DNA of 63,354 nt, counting the filler, from Pelomyxa schiedti (Eukaryota; Protista; Evosea), in the NCBI GenBank assembly GCA_020536535.1. It is 8 parts of 8 records of this genome, joined end to end, with 100 filler letters (N's around TTAATTAATTAA, not from the genome) between each part and the next. Parts side by side here need not be neighbours in the genome. Positions count along the whole stretch, not along the records: positions 1 to 21,290 come from JAHLWZ010000736.1; 7 more parts are not named here. One strand, written 5' to 3'. The stretch's first letter is position 1. Every line of letters starts with the position of its first letter. The position numbers and the translations under genes are program-made. Of the stretch, positions 1 through 11,833 are shown one piece after another. The notes beneath the pieces were generated by a model. That model saw nothing but the letters and a program-made list of their open reading frames with translations. It made no database searches and was not told the origin of the DNA.

Positions 1-259
1 GCTTGCATCAAAACGGTACCATGTCATTTCCCTATTTTTTACGCTGTGCGTGATAGAGTTTAGTTTTAACACATTCCCGAAAAAAAGGTGGAGGCACCAG
101 GGGAGAGGGAGAGGGGGAGGGGGAGGGGGCGGCAGCCGCGCGGCCCGAAGCAGTGGTTGTAGTGCGGGACGAGGCCGAGACCGTGGTTGGTTGTTCCTTG
201 CTGGTGCTGCGCCCCCACGGCCACATTTCTTCGTTTTCGTTCGTTGGAACTCGAGCGTG

Positions 260-1220
260 ATGCCGGGGTTAAGAAACCAGTGCAAATGTCATACAAGAGT
301 GCAGATTTACGGCACAGGGTGAGTGGCCGTGGAGAGAGGTTTCGACAATGTAGCTTGTAGAATTGCTTGATTGTGCAACGCTGAATGATTTCGTCGAAAC
401 ACTAATGTTCGGCAACGTGAAACAACACATTAATAATAATTACATTGTTATTACCTATTCCCACAACTAAAATTTCTGTGGAGAACCACATTTTTCAAGT
501 TCACTTCTGGGACACTGTGTGTAACAGTATTATTATGCCTCTTTCAACTCAGTTTTGTTCCGCCTGCTCATTGAGGATTATGACAGATTGCGCCCGCTAG
601 CGTGTGTTTACAATCTTTTTCTCGCCAACAATCATCAAAACCTTTTCCCCTCTCTCTGACTCCGGAGATACCCGCACACGGAGCAGCTATTTATTCTGAT
701 GTTCTTAGTGGATTCGGCTCCGAGTATGACCAGTGTGGTCTGAGTTAAAATGTCTGCAATTCATCCGTCAGTCCAAACAGACTCAAAGGTGGATCCCGGA
801 AATACACAAGTACTGCCCACTGCATTTTATTTGCTTGTGGCTTCGAAATGTTCGTTTCCCACTCTTTTTTTGCTTACCGGGACTCACACCTGCTCAACAG
901 TGATTTGAGATCCGCTCCAACCCTGAAGTGTGTCGTCCAACCTGAAGTTGAAGCTCTTCTCTGCTTATTTAAATTGAAATTTATTTCTTATTAGGCTAAG
1001 TTAATTTCCAGTACTTCACAAACATATTTACAGGAAACTCTCTATACCATACCGTGAAATATCCTCCATGACCTCACACTTGTCTCTTCAGTCCATGGTG
1101 GAAATGGCTGTGACGTATTGGCTTGCATCCACATTGATGATAAAAGCATCACAACCACCACCAGCAAGTGTTGTGGGCCTGTGTTGTTCATCAGGAAAAA
1201 GAGGTGGTTTTCTTCTGTTA
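260..1220 (+). pseudogene. Degenerate Rho/Rac-family small GTPase (multi-exon, probably pseudogene)
   Basis: Hand-spliced exons read ...VHFWDT / EDYDRLRPLA / YPHTEQLFILMF / RWIPEIHKYCP / LLVASK-DLR / YREISSMT, matching Rho switch II, G4 and G5 regions. No intact GxxxxGKT or DTAGQ, an apparent 1-nt frameshift near 818, and no CAAX. Confidence 0.6.
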
Positions 1221-1238
1221 ACATTAAACATTCATGGC

Positions 1239-3034
1239 TCATGGTGAAGAAAAATCAACTGAGAGTGTGAGGATCTTCCACAAGGGAAACGAAAGGACAA
1301 GGACTGCTGCAGTGGTCGAGGGTTTGGCAACACTCGCATCAACCACTGTGATGCAGGGCACAGCAGGATCAACGTGAAACAGGAACCCCATTGAACCCTT
1401 GACCAGACAGGGGTGCCTGCTTGGGCTTATTGGCATCTGGATGAATCTGGCTGCCTGTTTTGCTGAGTTGTTGCAATCGAATACTGGCACATTTCCTCCT
1501 CCTTGAATGATCCCATCAGGGAAATACTCAGAGTCACTGAGGGGGCAGTAAGAGGCGTGAGGGAGCTCCCTTGAAACTCCTGTCTGCCCATCAACTTGAT
1601 GGCATTTGGCAGCAACTTGAACAATGAAAGAGAGTGTGCCACGTTTCTGGCTCATTGCAAACACATCAAAAAGCATCCGTGCATAAGATGAATCAATGTC
1701 GTCAAGGCAACGTGTCGTGCTGAGAATTTTGAGAGTGCCACTTGTGTGTGTTGCATCCACATCAATGACAAGGAATGAGGGTGTGACTTCCATTGGCCTG
1801 CGCACAACTGCCAACAACTCATCAGGTCTTGAATGAGAGAACTTGAAGTAGTTGAACGGCCTCTGAAAATAGGAGTCAACAGTGGTGACACCACACAACT
1901 GTGACCCACACCCAGTAGTCTGCAATGCACTTGGAACATTCAATTTAATGGTGAGCATCTCTGGGGTATCTCTGAGAGACCCTACACTGCCCCGAAGGAA
2001 ACCCCACCGCACAAGCCACNNNNNNNNNNNNNNNNNNNNNNNNNNNNNNNNNNNNNNNNNNNNNNNNNNNNNNNNNNNNNNNNNNNNNNNNNNNNNNNNN
2101 NNNNNNNNNNNNNNNNNNNCTGTGACCCACACCCAGTAGTCTGCAATGCACTTGGAACATTCAATTTAATGGTGAGCATCTCTGGGGTATCTCTGAGAGA
2201 CCCTACACTGCCCCGAAGGAAACCCCACCGCACAAGCCACTTGCTGTTGATCACCTCATGGAGCCCATACCAGCCTACAGGATCCCTATCCACCATTCTG
2301 ATTTCCTGCTGTGTGCCCAATGCGCCACCATGAGCAGACACCCTCCCATCTTTCAACCACCACTGGCAGGTTGGTACCCCGTGTTCCCTCTTCTCCAGGA
2401 ACACCCCGTCATGCACCCACCAGCACTGCTCCTTTTCCCCAAAGAATGGCACCGCAAGATACCTCTCCTCTACCCTGCCAACCACACTGCCCAGCAGTGG
2501 TGACACCCTCACGCACAAGTACAATTCCTTCACTGTAGGAGGACAGTTGGACTTGTAGCTGCCGAAGCTTCTGCTCTGTGCCGCAGCCAACAACGTAGGG
2601 GGCGTCCCAGGCATCACAGTCACGTGCAGCACAAACGTAGTGGTGTGTTGCGCAACCAGGTCCCACAGCAGCCTTGCAACCACGTGGCCACTGCTGCCCC
2701 ACAAACAAGTGCTTGTGGGAGCACCACTGAGCCTCACATTTGTGGGGTGTTGTTGGTCGTTGCTGTGGCCTTGTTGCTGTAGCTGTTGTTGTTGGTGTTG
2801 TTGTTCCTGCTGCTTGTGTGTGTGGAGTGTGGAGGAGCTGCGCGGTTTCTTTGTTATTATGGGACTCAGGGGGTGGGGGTGAGTGGGGGAGCTGCAAGTT
2901 GCCGTGGCCGTGGCTGTGGCTGTGGCTCTGGGTTTGGCCGTTGGCGATGAGGGAACGGCGACGATGAGGGCACGGATCTGGTCGGTGGCACGCTGCACGG
3001 AGGAAACTGCCCAACCACATCCATCAATCAGCAT
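1239..3034 (-). CDS. Intronless hypothetical protein of a lineage-expanded family (~524 aa after collapsing the false gap)
   Basis: ORFs 1982..3070 and 1239..2132 share LQTTGCGSQ through the 121-bp duplication around the gap and join into one frame. Carries ATDQIRALIVA and INSKWLV motifs, resembling the genes at 3257 and 13213. Confidence 0.65.
1899..2240. other. Scaffold gap (2020-2119) flanked by an exact 121-bp duplication; uncollapsed assembly overlap
   Basis: 1899-2019 is identical to 2120-2240. Confidence 0.9.
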
Positions 3035-3256
3035 AGCACCACTAGTAGTGGAAGTGGCAGGCAAATGCACTGTCAGAACCGTCAGCCTTTTCTTTCAAGT
3101 CCAAACTCGGAAATTTGATGCAGTTTTGTACAACAAACCACACTGCCAGGGCTGGGAAGTGCAATCAGGACACCACCCTCAGTCCACCGTAAATCAAAAA
3201 ATCAAAAAAACTGGGCGAGATGATCTCCTAAACACCGCACAAGTGTCTGGGTGCCG

Positions 3257-4430
3257 ATGCCACCTCTCCTTCTCTGCCTCATCGTCACCACCTCAACCAT
3301 GACAACGCCAACAACACTCCACGAGAAAGGGCCGGCAAAGCAGTTCAAGTCAAACAGACGGCTACTTCGCGTTCGTCCACGTGCTCTGCCACACACTGAA
3401 ACAGAAAGAAGAACAGCAGCCAGCAGTGCTGCAACAAACACAAGAACAACAACACCAACAACTGTGGTTGATACCAACGTGGAAACAACAGTGAGGAGTA
3501 CAACAACAACAACAAAAACAACAACCACAACAGCGAGGATGGGAGACCAAGTGCTGGCCCTGGCTGTAGGCACACACCCACGCTGCGGTGCGCAATGCCA
3601 ACTGTAGTTGATGATGATGACTACAATGATGCCGGACAACACTGACGGCTCCTTGATGATTAATGGGGATGGAGCTTTTTGGTTCTGCTGACACTCACTC
3701 ATGAAATGAGGTGGTGGGCTGCGCAAGTGTGGTGGCGGGGGGGCGTGGTGTATGCAAATGAGGACTACCTGGTGAGGAGGAAGGAACGGTGCATGTTCTC
3801 GCTGCAGGACAGGCTCACTGGGCAGAGAGCTTCACTTCTCAACGCAAGCAAGTGGTTAGATTGGAACTGGTGCGTGAACAGGAAGTGGCTTGTGTTGTGT
3901 GCCCGTAATCCAAGGGAGTTGGTTGTTGTCAGAATTCCACCAAGGAAGAGGAGCCCAACAACCAAGGGCTCTGTGGTTGTTGTTGTTCCTCTTGACAACC
4001 TTTGCATCAAAGCAACATACATGCGCCCTCAATTTGGTGGGAGCCATGACAATGAGGAGGACCACCTCTTGTTGTGGCTTTCCAATTCCGATCGCGATTA
4101 CTTTGAGCTCTGCTTGGTGGACCTGGCACAAACCACCTCCTCCAAAACATTTACACTGTTGAGTTCAACCATTCCAAGACTGGACGACCTGCACCTCGAG
4201 GTTCTCTCCTTCGTCTTCCTTTCTGGTTCTGACCCAGCAGAGTGGTGCTCAATCATTTGTAACAGGAGGGTACAGAGCAACTCACCGTGATTTTGTTGAA
4301 GGTGGCCTCTTGTTCCAGCCTGCTGTTGCTGGTGGTTCTCGTCAGTAACCCATGACACAGTCGACCAGAGAAAGATCAAGGGTGTCCTATGTGTACCCAG
4401 ATCATCTGCTGAAGCAGTGGCACCGCCTTC
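3257..4430 (+). pseudogene. Disrupted member of the same intronless family
   Basis: GDQVLALAVGTHPRCGAQCQL is followed by stops; the family motif CVNRKWLVL resumes in another frame (ORF 3679..4290). Confidence 0.5.
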
Positions 4431-4493
4431 CACTGGCATTATGGGTTGTGAAGTTTTTCAAAAAGAAAGAAGATGCTTTTTGAATCGTGACCC

Positions 4494-5796
4494 TCAAAGC
4501 AGGTCTTGTACAGTGATTGTGATGTGGAACTTCCTTGGCGTTTTGCTTGTGTCTGTAATGTTTGCTCTGTCACACCAGCCCAGAGGAGGAAATTCCCTTT
4601 GGATATTCTGGTGGTACATACAGACCAAATCCTCTGTTGGGAGCTGGAAGTCACCTTCAGCAAGAACCTGTGTTTGGTCCACATCACACAGCTTGATTCG
4701 GATGGTCTTGGCTTGTGCATGAAGCTTCCTTTTGGAGACCCAGTATCCCACAGAAATCCCATCGGAAGGGCTCACAGCTGCAACATCAAATCCAAAGTTG
4801 GCAGTTGGAGTCAGGACGGTGTTACCATCACTGAGATCCCAGTGGCCTTTTTTCCTTTCCAGAGGTGTGGATAATACGCATTCTCTGTGGGTGGTAGCTG
4901 TGATAATAATGTTTGTTTGTTGCCTTCTGAGAGAGAGACTCTCAACCTTCAACAACAGCGTTACAAAAGTCACAGCATACAGAGCGGAGAGCAAGTATGG
5001 ACTTCCAAGGTAAATACCCAATTATATGCACCAACACTTGAACGGGAAGGTCCCAAATGTTTGTTCCTAATTATCTGTTAGAAGGTATAATGTGCGAGAA
5101 GAATACATACCGCAGACAACGAAAATGTTATTCAGGATACTGTCAACACCGGAGTCCAACATTTGCATTACCCTTCCTTTTCGATAAAACAGCTTCGCAT
5201 ATTATTAAAATATAACTGGCCCAGCAGAAGAGGTACATACTGTTTGTTTTTCATTGAACGCCGATCCATTAAGAGCTGTAAGCTTCCCTAGTGATCCCTT
5301 TTTTTTTGTTGGGTGCATTCCAGGGAATGGAAACTAATCATACCATGAGGTTTTGCAGCGCTTTTGACTTTAATGATTCCATCTTGGCTTCAATCTTTCT
5401 ATCCAAATGTTCTTTTATTTCTGCCAAGGACTGCTCAATCTCCGCAGTGACGGCTGTTGTGCTCTACATATCAAACACAGCTTTGTCAATAAAAGAAACA
5501 TTATGGCGGTGAACCTTCTCAGCCTCAAAAGCCATGGTATCCAAGTTGGCAAAGGCTCCCAATACTGCCTGCCTTGCCACTCCATATTCATGATTATGGG
5601 AGAAGCAGGGCCCAACACCGACATGTGGCCCAACTTGGCTTTGCTGTGCCACGACGCGCGGCCTTTTTGCACATGGCCGTCCTTGTTGCTGCTGTTGTTG
5701 TTGCCTTGCAGCAACACTCTTCTTCTTCTTCCTTTGTTGCGGGGTGCTGCTACCTTGCTCCGGATCAGTATTGTGCATTTCTGTCAAACCAAACAT
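4494..5796 (-). CDS. Uncharacterised multi-exon protein ('KLHAQAK' family): basic NLS-like patch, coiled coil, beta-rich C-terminal domain
   Basis: Exon-by-exon similarity to 59701-60991: AFANLDTMAFEAE / AFAYLDKLAFEAE, KLFYRK, WVFT, TPTANF / TPTADF, KLHAQAK. Confidence 0.75.
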
Positions 5797-6210
5797 CAGT
5801 CGTTCAATTCTGAGGAAATCAAAATTTCCCTAAGTGAGATCAATCCGGGAATGGCACAAGGACCACAACAAAGAGGCACATTACATAAGTCTGTTTTTTC
5901 CCTTGGTTTGCGCTGTCCTCTTGATTTTCGACGAAAAAATGCCTGGCGGGATTAAAAACCCTGGTGCTTTTTGACGAGACTGCTCTACTTGAATTATTTC
6001 CGAGGGTGTGGAAACATATTTATTTAAATATTTATAATTAATATTTAAACAAACGTTTTGTTTTCTTTTGTAAAGTCGATGTAGATGTAGATTTTGTCTG
6101 AGTGCTGTGACAGCAACCCAGTGGGAGAGAAAGCCGTAAAAGGTTAGTGACGCTGTGGTGGAAAATTTTAATGTAGTTTTGCCGGCAGAGCTTCAAAGGT
6201 ATTATTATTA

Positions 6211-8666
6211 CTATTCAGTGTCCATTCTCTCTGCACCATCATAGGAGCCTGCATCCTCTACCACCTTTTCAGGGTCATATTTTTCAAGCAACCGTGTTGC
6301 CAGTGAAACAACAGTTGTGCATTGATGGCTCTGCAGATCAGACACAGATTCTGCAAGGCTGTCATAACTTGCCCACAGCTTGTTTGGTGATCCTCTGTCT
6401 GTCGCAAGAATTCTTTGAAGTGCCTGCCGCTTTGTGGTTAACTCAACTTCTGAAGAATTGACATACTTCGAGAACAAGGATTAGGGTTGTAGGCCGATCT
6501 TCACTGACCAGGAGTTTCACCAATGGTGTGAGTATTCCCAAAGAAATCATGTATCTGGCAAATCCAATGTGAGAGTTCGGTTGTTGTTAAATCACACACT
6601 GAATGACTTCTGGATGGTTTGTTTCAATGCAATTGGCAATGACCCAGCAGGCTTCTTCACGTATACACGCATCACCTTTTGGTGATGACAAGCATTTCAC
6701 AACATGTGGGATAACCCCACTTTTGCAAAGTTCTGTCACTTGTTCCCTTGGTGTCATTGTGATGTTGGTGATGTAATTAATGATTGGAAGCTACTTACTT
6801 GTTGCCAACGGCAAGATTGGAGAGCTCTTGTTGAGAGTTGTGGAAAAAGATGAATGGCAGAGAAGAGAAGAGAAAAGGGGGTGTGTATGCAAAGCGTTTA
6901 TTGTGATGATACCCACCACCCAAAGCACAATCTGGCGACACTTACTGGGTTGAAGCAGGCTAATGTGTGGCATGTTAAGACAAAAAAATGCACATGATTG
7001 GAAGGTTCATCACACATACAATGGCGTCACAGCCTGAAAAATACCAGCATCAATGAGGCTCTGTGAGTACGTAGTAGTTAAATACAAGAAGTCAGTTTAC
7101 CTTGTATTTACCTGAGCTTCTTCAGTACTGGGTGGAGGGTAACGTTGGAGTCATTTATCATGAGTGTGAATTGAAAGGAAAGTGTAAACCTTCCATTTGC
7201 CACAGTGCCCAACACTCTCAGAGCTGGACGTTGGATGTTGGTATCACTAATCTGGTTGTGAACGTGTAAGAGCTCAGACAGTGTCAATTGATGGTTACTG
7301 AAAGAAGCCGGGTTAGTGAAGGAATAATTGTGCCAGTGGATATGATCAGTTTGATACAGGGTGGAGATTCAGCCATATAAGATAAGGCCCTGACAGAAGT
7401 TGGTGCACGAAAATGCAGTATTTGTGATGGTTAAAGTTTCCATATACCAGCAAACGTGAGTTACAACCTCTGCATCAAGATATTGGAGGAGGGCCGCAAG
7501 TACAGGCAGAGGAGAAACTGATTCACCCGCATCATCTGAAACAATTTCAAGAAATTATCTATCAATTGATGGAAAGAGAGCGCACTTGATGGCCGGAAAT
7601 ATGAAATATCTGGTGGTGGCACTCCTCGGCAACCATTTGAAATAGCCTCAGTCTGGAATGAAGGGAGGAAGTGAAAAGAAGCAAGCTGGATGGGGGTGTG
7701 GCTCCATACTGCCTTCCTCAGGAAGAACACTTTATTTGGGAATCTGACCATTGCCTTGAGCAATACTGGGAAAAAACCTAGGTGAAGCACAGAATCCCTG
7801 TGCACAGCACAATCCCCGAGGATATTGCTCAGTGCCCACGTTGCCTGTGAGTGTGTGAGTGCGCTGTTGAGTTGGTCTGAGGGAAGGTACCTGTTGACAG
7901 ACATCTACATCTGGACTTGAGGAGAGCAGGGCAATTAACTGTGGTACAATTCCACATTTGAGCACTTCCTCTGTTTGTTTTGTGCTGCCATTGCAAACTT
8001 GACAATTTAACACACCAGAGGTTAGTTAAGGGTGAAAAAAAAGCACAAACTGTTTGTCAATGCCCAAAGTGCTTCAACTTGAAAATTTGGGTTATCTGAC
8101 TGCAAGAAAAATCAGTAGAGTTGCCTCTCCCCTTGGCAACCCCAGCAAAGTAAAAAAAATTCAAACTCACACCAGAGATAAAAACTGACCAAGACGCGGC
8201 AACAAACCAGCGGCAATTACTTCGTCAATGGGTGGTTCTGCAACAAGTCAACAACACCAAGTCATAATCCAACGACACCACCTTATAATCATAATGATTT
8301 ATCTACTACTACATATTCGCTCTCTATTGACACCGCATCACAACATGCCATGGAATAACAACACAAGGTGTGCAAGTACTTACTCTCTGAGCACAACAGC
8401 CTTCTCAGCTGCACCACTCCAGTTAACGCCACGTCGCGGTCGTTGGAGTTTGCCGCCGACGCCGCCTCCGCAACACTCGACGACACTGCCAATAATTGTG
8501 GGACAGTGTTGGTTGTTATTGTTGTTGCTGCTGCTGCTGCTGGACTACAACTGGAGAAAGGTCCCGTCGTGGTGGTCGTGGTCGCTGCTGAACCACGCCC
8601 ATAATCTCCTCGTTCTCTTTCTGGTTGTGGTGTTGCCGTTGCTGTGCCGGGGTTGTTTTCATACAT
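6211..8666 (-). CDS. Importin alpha-like ARM-repeat protein (multi-exon)
   Basis: QLRRLLCSE-KPPIDEVIAAGLLPRL, QVEALWALTN, ATWALSNILGD, WAISNGCRGVPPP, EACWVIAN, with canonical GT-AG junctions at the sites checked. Confidence 0.9.
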
Positions 8667-8881
8667 GTGGCTCTGGGTCCACTGGGAAAAAAAAACCTGA
8701 CAGGGTGACGATTCGACGACGGACGGAGTTGTTTATTAGAAAGCAAGAGCCGGTGGGGATGGTGACTACCAGACCAGAGGACATCAACACAGTCAGAAAC
8801 AGTGCAGCAGCATCCAGGAGGTGGGCCTTTGTGGCTCAGGAAGTGGTCATCTTGAAATGTGATTAGTGCAGGAGTGGTGAG

Positions 8882-10090
8882 TCATGCATACAAGAAGTCA
8901 GAAGCGTGTTGGGTCTCCAGTGTCCCATAGAGTTCCAGGCCATACACATGGAAACATGTATAGGCTGGGTACCAGTTGTCATTTTTACCAGAGCAAGTGA
9001 CACGGAATTGGTTGAACTGGTGTGTAGTGGTGATGGGCCATGAGTACCGGCCACTTTTGGCTGGTAGTGCTGTATGTGTCGACAGGGTTTCCCATTTGAT
9101 CCCATCACTGGATGCTGACAGTATCCAGTTGGAAGTCTGAGAGCATGCTTCTTTGGAGTATGAGACAGTGTAGTAGCTCGGACACAGAAGCCATGCCTTG
9201 GTGAATTTGACAGTGTGATACTCTTGCGGCACGCAAGATCTGAAGCGTGTTGGGTCAGATGGAGAAGAGTGATGGGGGTGCGTGACCAGGAAACTGGAAT
9301 CTGGGTCCCCAACTGTTATCTGAGTTGCGTAAGAAAAAAGAAAAAATCACCTGTTTCTTGCCTTGTCTTTCCGGGTGATCGGGTCTGTGTAAGGTAATGG
9401 GTGACTGCCAATCCAGTAAAATAGGCCATTTTTATCATCTGGTGAGGTCCATGTGAAATCTTTACAGCGCAGAAGGTACATAAGAGACGGGATCTTTTGG
9501 GATTTACTTGAAAACAACAACCATGTTGTCGACCTCGTAAAATTCTGCCTCCATTACCACTTCTTCAAGGGCGGCAGGGTCAGATGGCTGAAAAAATTTT
9601 CCTGTCCTCAAATAGTTCAGAATAACATCACTGGAAGCATGGAATAGGTTATAAGTGTTGTAAATAGAAGTTGATAGATTACAAATAAGTGCCACTTCTG
9701 TCAATGAAATAAGTGCCATTCTCATCCTTGTGAAGAGGTATTCCACTTCCAGAGAACATTACCGATAATAAACTACGCTCCTTAATCAGGTCACTTAGAG
9801 AAATCCTGAATATTTTCCTGTTCAAACAATTAATATATATAATTTGCAAGGCAAGACCGAAAGTATAGGAAAACCAACCCTCCAACGTCGAGCTTGACGG
9901 TAGGCCCAAACTCGACAATGTGTGTATGTTTCGTCTCTGCCTCGAAATCGGCTCTATCCACTGCAAGGCTATTCGCCTGGGCCTGGAGTAGCTGGTCCAG
10001 GGTATTCCATGCCGATTCAGATGCAATGAGAAGGTCCGCTACTGTGGGCGACTCTTTGGTGGTTGGTGCTGTCGAAGCGGTGCTAGCCAT
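8882..10090 (-). CDS. BTB/POZ (KCTD-type) protein with C-terminal discoidin/galactose-binding-like domain
   Basis: VKLDVGG, GTYFIDR, ILNYLRTG, EAEFYEV; C-terminal NWILSASSDGIKWETLSTH...CFHVYGLELYG. Confidence 0.85.
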
Positions 10091-10180
10091 TGATGATTCC
10101 TGCAGAAATCGGTTTCAATTTTCTGCCCCACACCCAGTTGGTCCAACCAACTTTGACAAGAAAGATCAACGCGTGTGCCA

Positions 10181-11797
10181 ATGAGCGAAGGGCAAGACAA
10201 CCAAAAAGAGGCAGCAAGCCCCGCCCCCAAGAAAGGCAGACATGCCAGACAAACAGGAATAGCCCCCCCTCCGTCCCCCTCTCCCGCCACATCCTCCGCC
10301 GTCGCCGCGGACCCTGTGTGGCCACCCTCCTGGCTCGCCCCTCTCCTGTCCGTCCCCGGCGCCCCCCCGGCTCCAACTCCCGATGCCCCGCCGCCGCTGC
10401 CGCCTCCTTCCCCCGCGCCCCTGCTGCTTCCTACCGTTCTTCCGGGGCAGCAGCAGCCATGTCTCGGTGGGTGCACGACGACGACGGCGACGGCGACGCC
10501 GACGTGGGTGGGGGTGCCAACGACGCCACCACAGACAACACATCAGCGAAAACCAATCAGGGAGTGGCGGGGTGGGGGGGAAATGGAGATGCTGTTCAGG
10601 GAGATGCACGGGGCAGTGTCGCAGTCGTGTCTGGCTGTGAGAGACGCGATACGCAGGGAGAGGGACCAGCTAAACCCAGAAATTGCATTCTATGAAGTGC
10701 GGATACCTATTTGTTTGCTTTGTTTGCTTTGTTTGCTTTGTTTGCTTTGTTTGCTTTGTTTGCTTTGTTTGCTTTGTTTGCTTTGTTTGCTGGTGCTTAT
10801 TTATATCTGCTAGAAAATGAAAAACAGAATCGCTACTGTTCACATTGGTTCCTCAATCAAGCTTGACGTTGGAGGGTATGCATGCACCCTGCATCTTTCT
10901 TTAATAGCAATTTCAATGTGTTTAACAAAATTCCAACAGCACAGTCTTTAGAACCAGCAAAAGTACCCTGACAAAGGAACCAGGGAGTATGCTGGCAGCA
11001 ATGTTTTCTGGAAGCATACCTCCTGGAAGACAGGATGAGGATGGCACATATTTCATTGACAGAAGTGGCAAGCACTTGTATGCATTCTTATACTCTCTGA
11101 CCAGGGTCAAATAACCTTTCATTCTTTCTGTGTTGCAGTGGTACAATTCTGAATTACTTGAGAACAGGAGTGTTTATTCAACCATATGATCCTGTTTCTG
11201 TAGAGGAACTCAAAGTGGAATTAGACTATTATGGAGTTAGTAACTAACTTGTGACTGGTCTAAAAGTTGCAGATTCTATCAAAACTGTATCCACAAGCTG
11301 TATTCGTGTTCTCAGACTCACATGATAATAATGGCCTCTTCTATTGGATTGGCTGTTCCATGGGCTCCTTGCCATATACTGATCCTGCCTCAAAGCCCAA
11401 CCTTGTAACAGTTGAAAATGGATTTCATCAGGCCCCCTCAATTCTTATTGGACATCCCACTTTTGGCAGAGATACTCCTGGTGTCTGTGGTGATGCCAAG
11501 GGCAAATCCTTCACAGTCAAGTTCACTATCAAGACCTGGTTTTTCCAGCCCAACTATTACACAATGTCATTTTCTGGTAAGTGTGTGTCTTCCTGGACCT
11601 TGTATGGCTCCTGCGACAATGGCACCACTTGGGAAAATCTCAGTGAAATTCTAAATATTACACCAAACACTTCTTCTTGTGGGTCATGGCCCATCACCAC
11701 ATCTCACAAATTCAACCAGTTCAGAGTCACTCCAGCCCCAATGGACACCTGTTTCCATGCTTATGGGCTAGAACTCTATGGCTCCCTTAGTTCCTAA
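10181..11797 (+). CDS. BTB/POZ + discoidin-like protein, divergently oriented paralogue of 8882-10090
   Basis: IKLDVG, DGTYFIDR, ILNYLRTG, ELDYY; SWTLYGSCDNGTTWENLSE...CFHAYGLELYG. Start codon uncertain (10181 or 10583). Confidence 0.85.
10711..10791. repeat. Intronic 9-bp tandem repeat (TTTGCTTTG)n, ~9 copies
   Basis: Directly visible; lies inside the first intron of the + strand BTB gene. Confidence 0.9.
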
Positions 11798-11833
11798 AAA
11801 AAGTTTGTTTCATAAGGGAAATGAATGTTCCTT

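Noticed and set aside
1899-2240. 121-bp direct repeat as an LTR or target duplication
   Set aside because: Exact copies on either side of a 100-N gap; collapsing them restores one ORF, so it is an assembly overlap.
10711-10791. CLL-repeat peptide or CRISPR-like array
   Set aside because: Spacerless 9-bp tandem repeat lying inside an intron.
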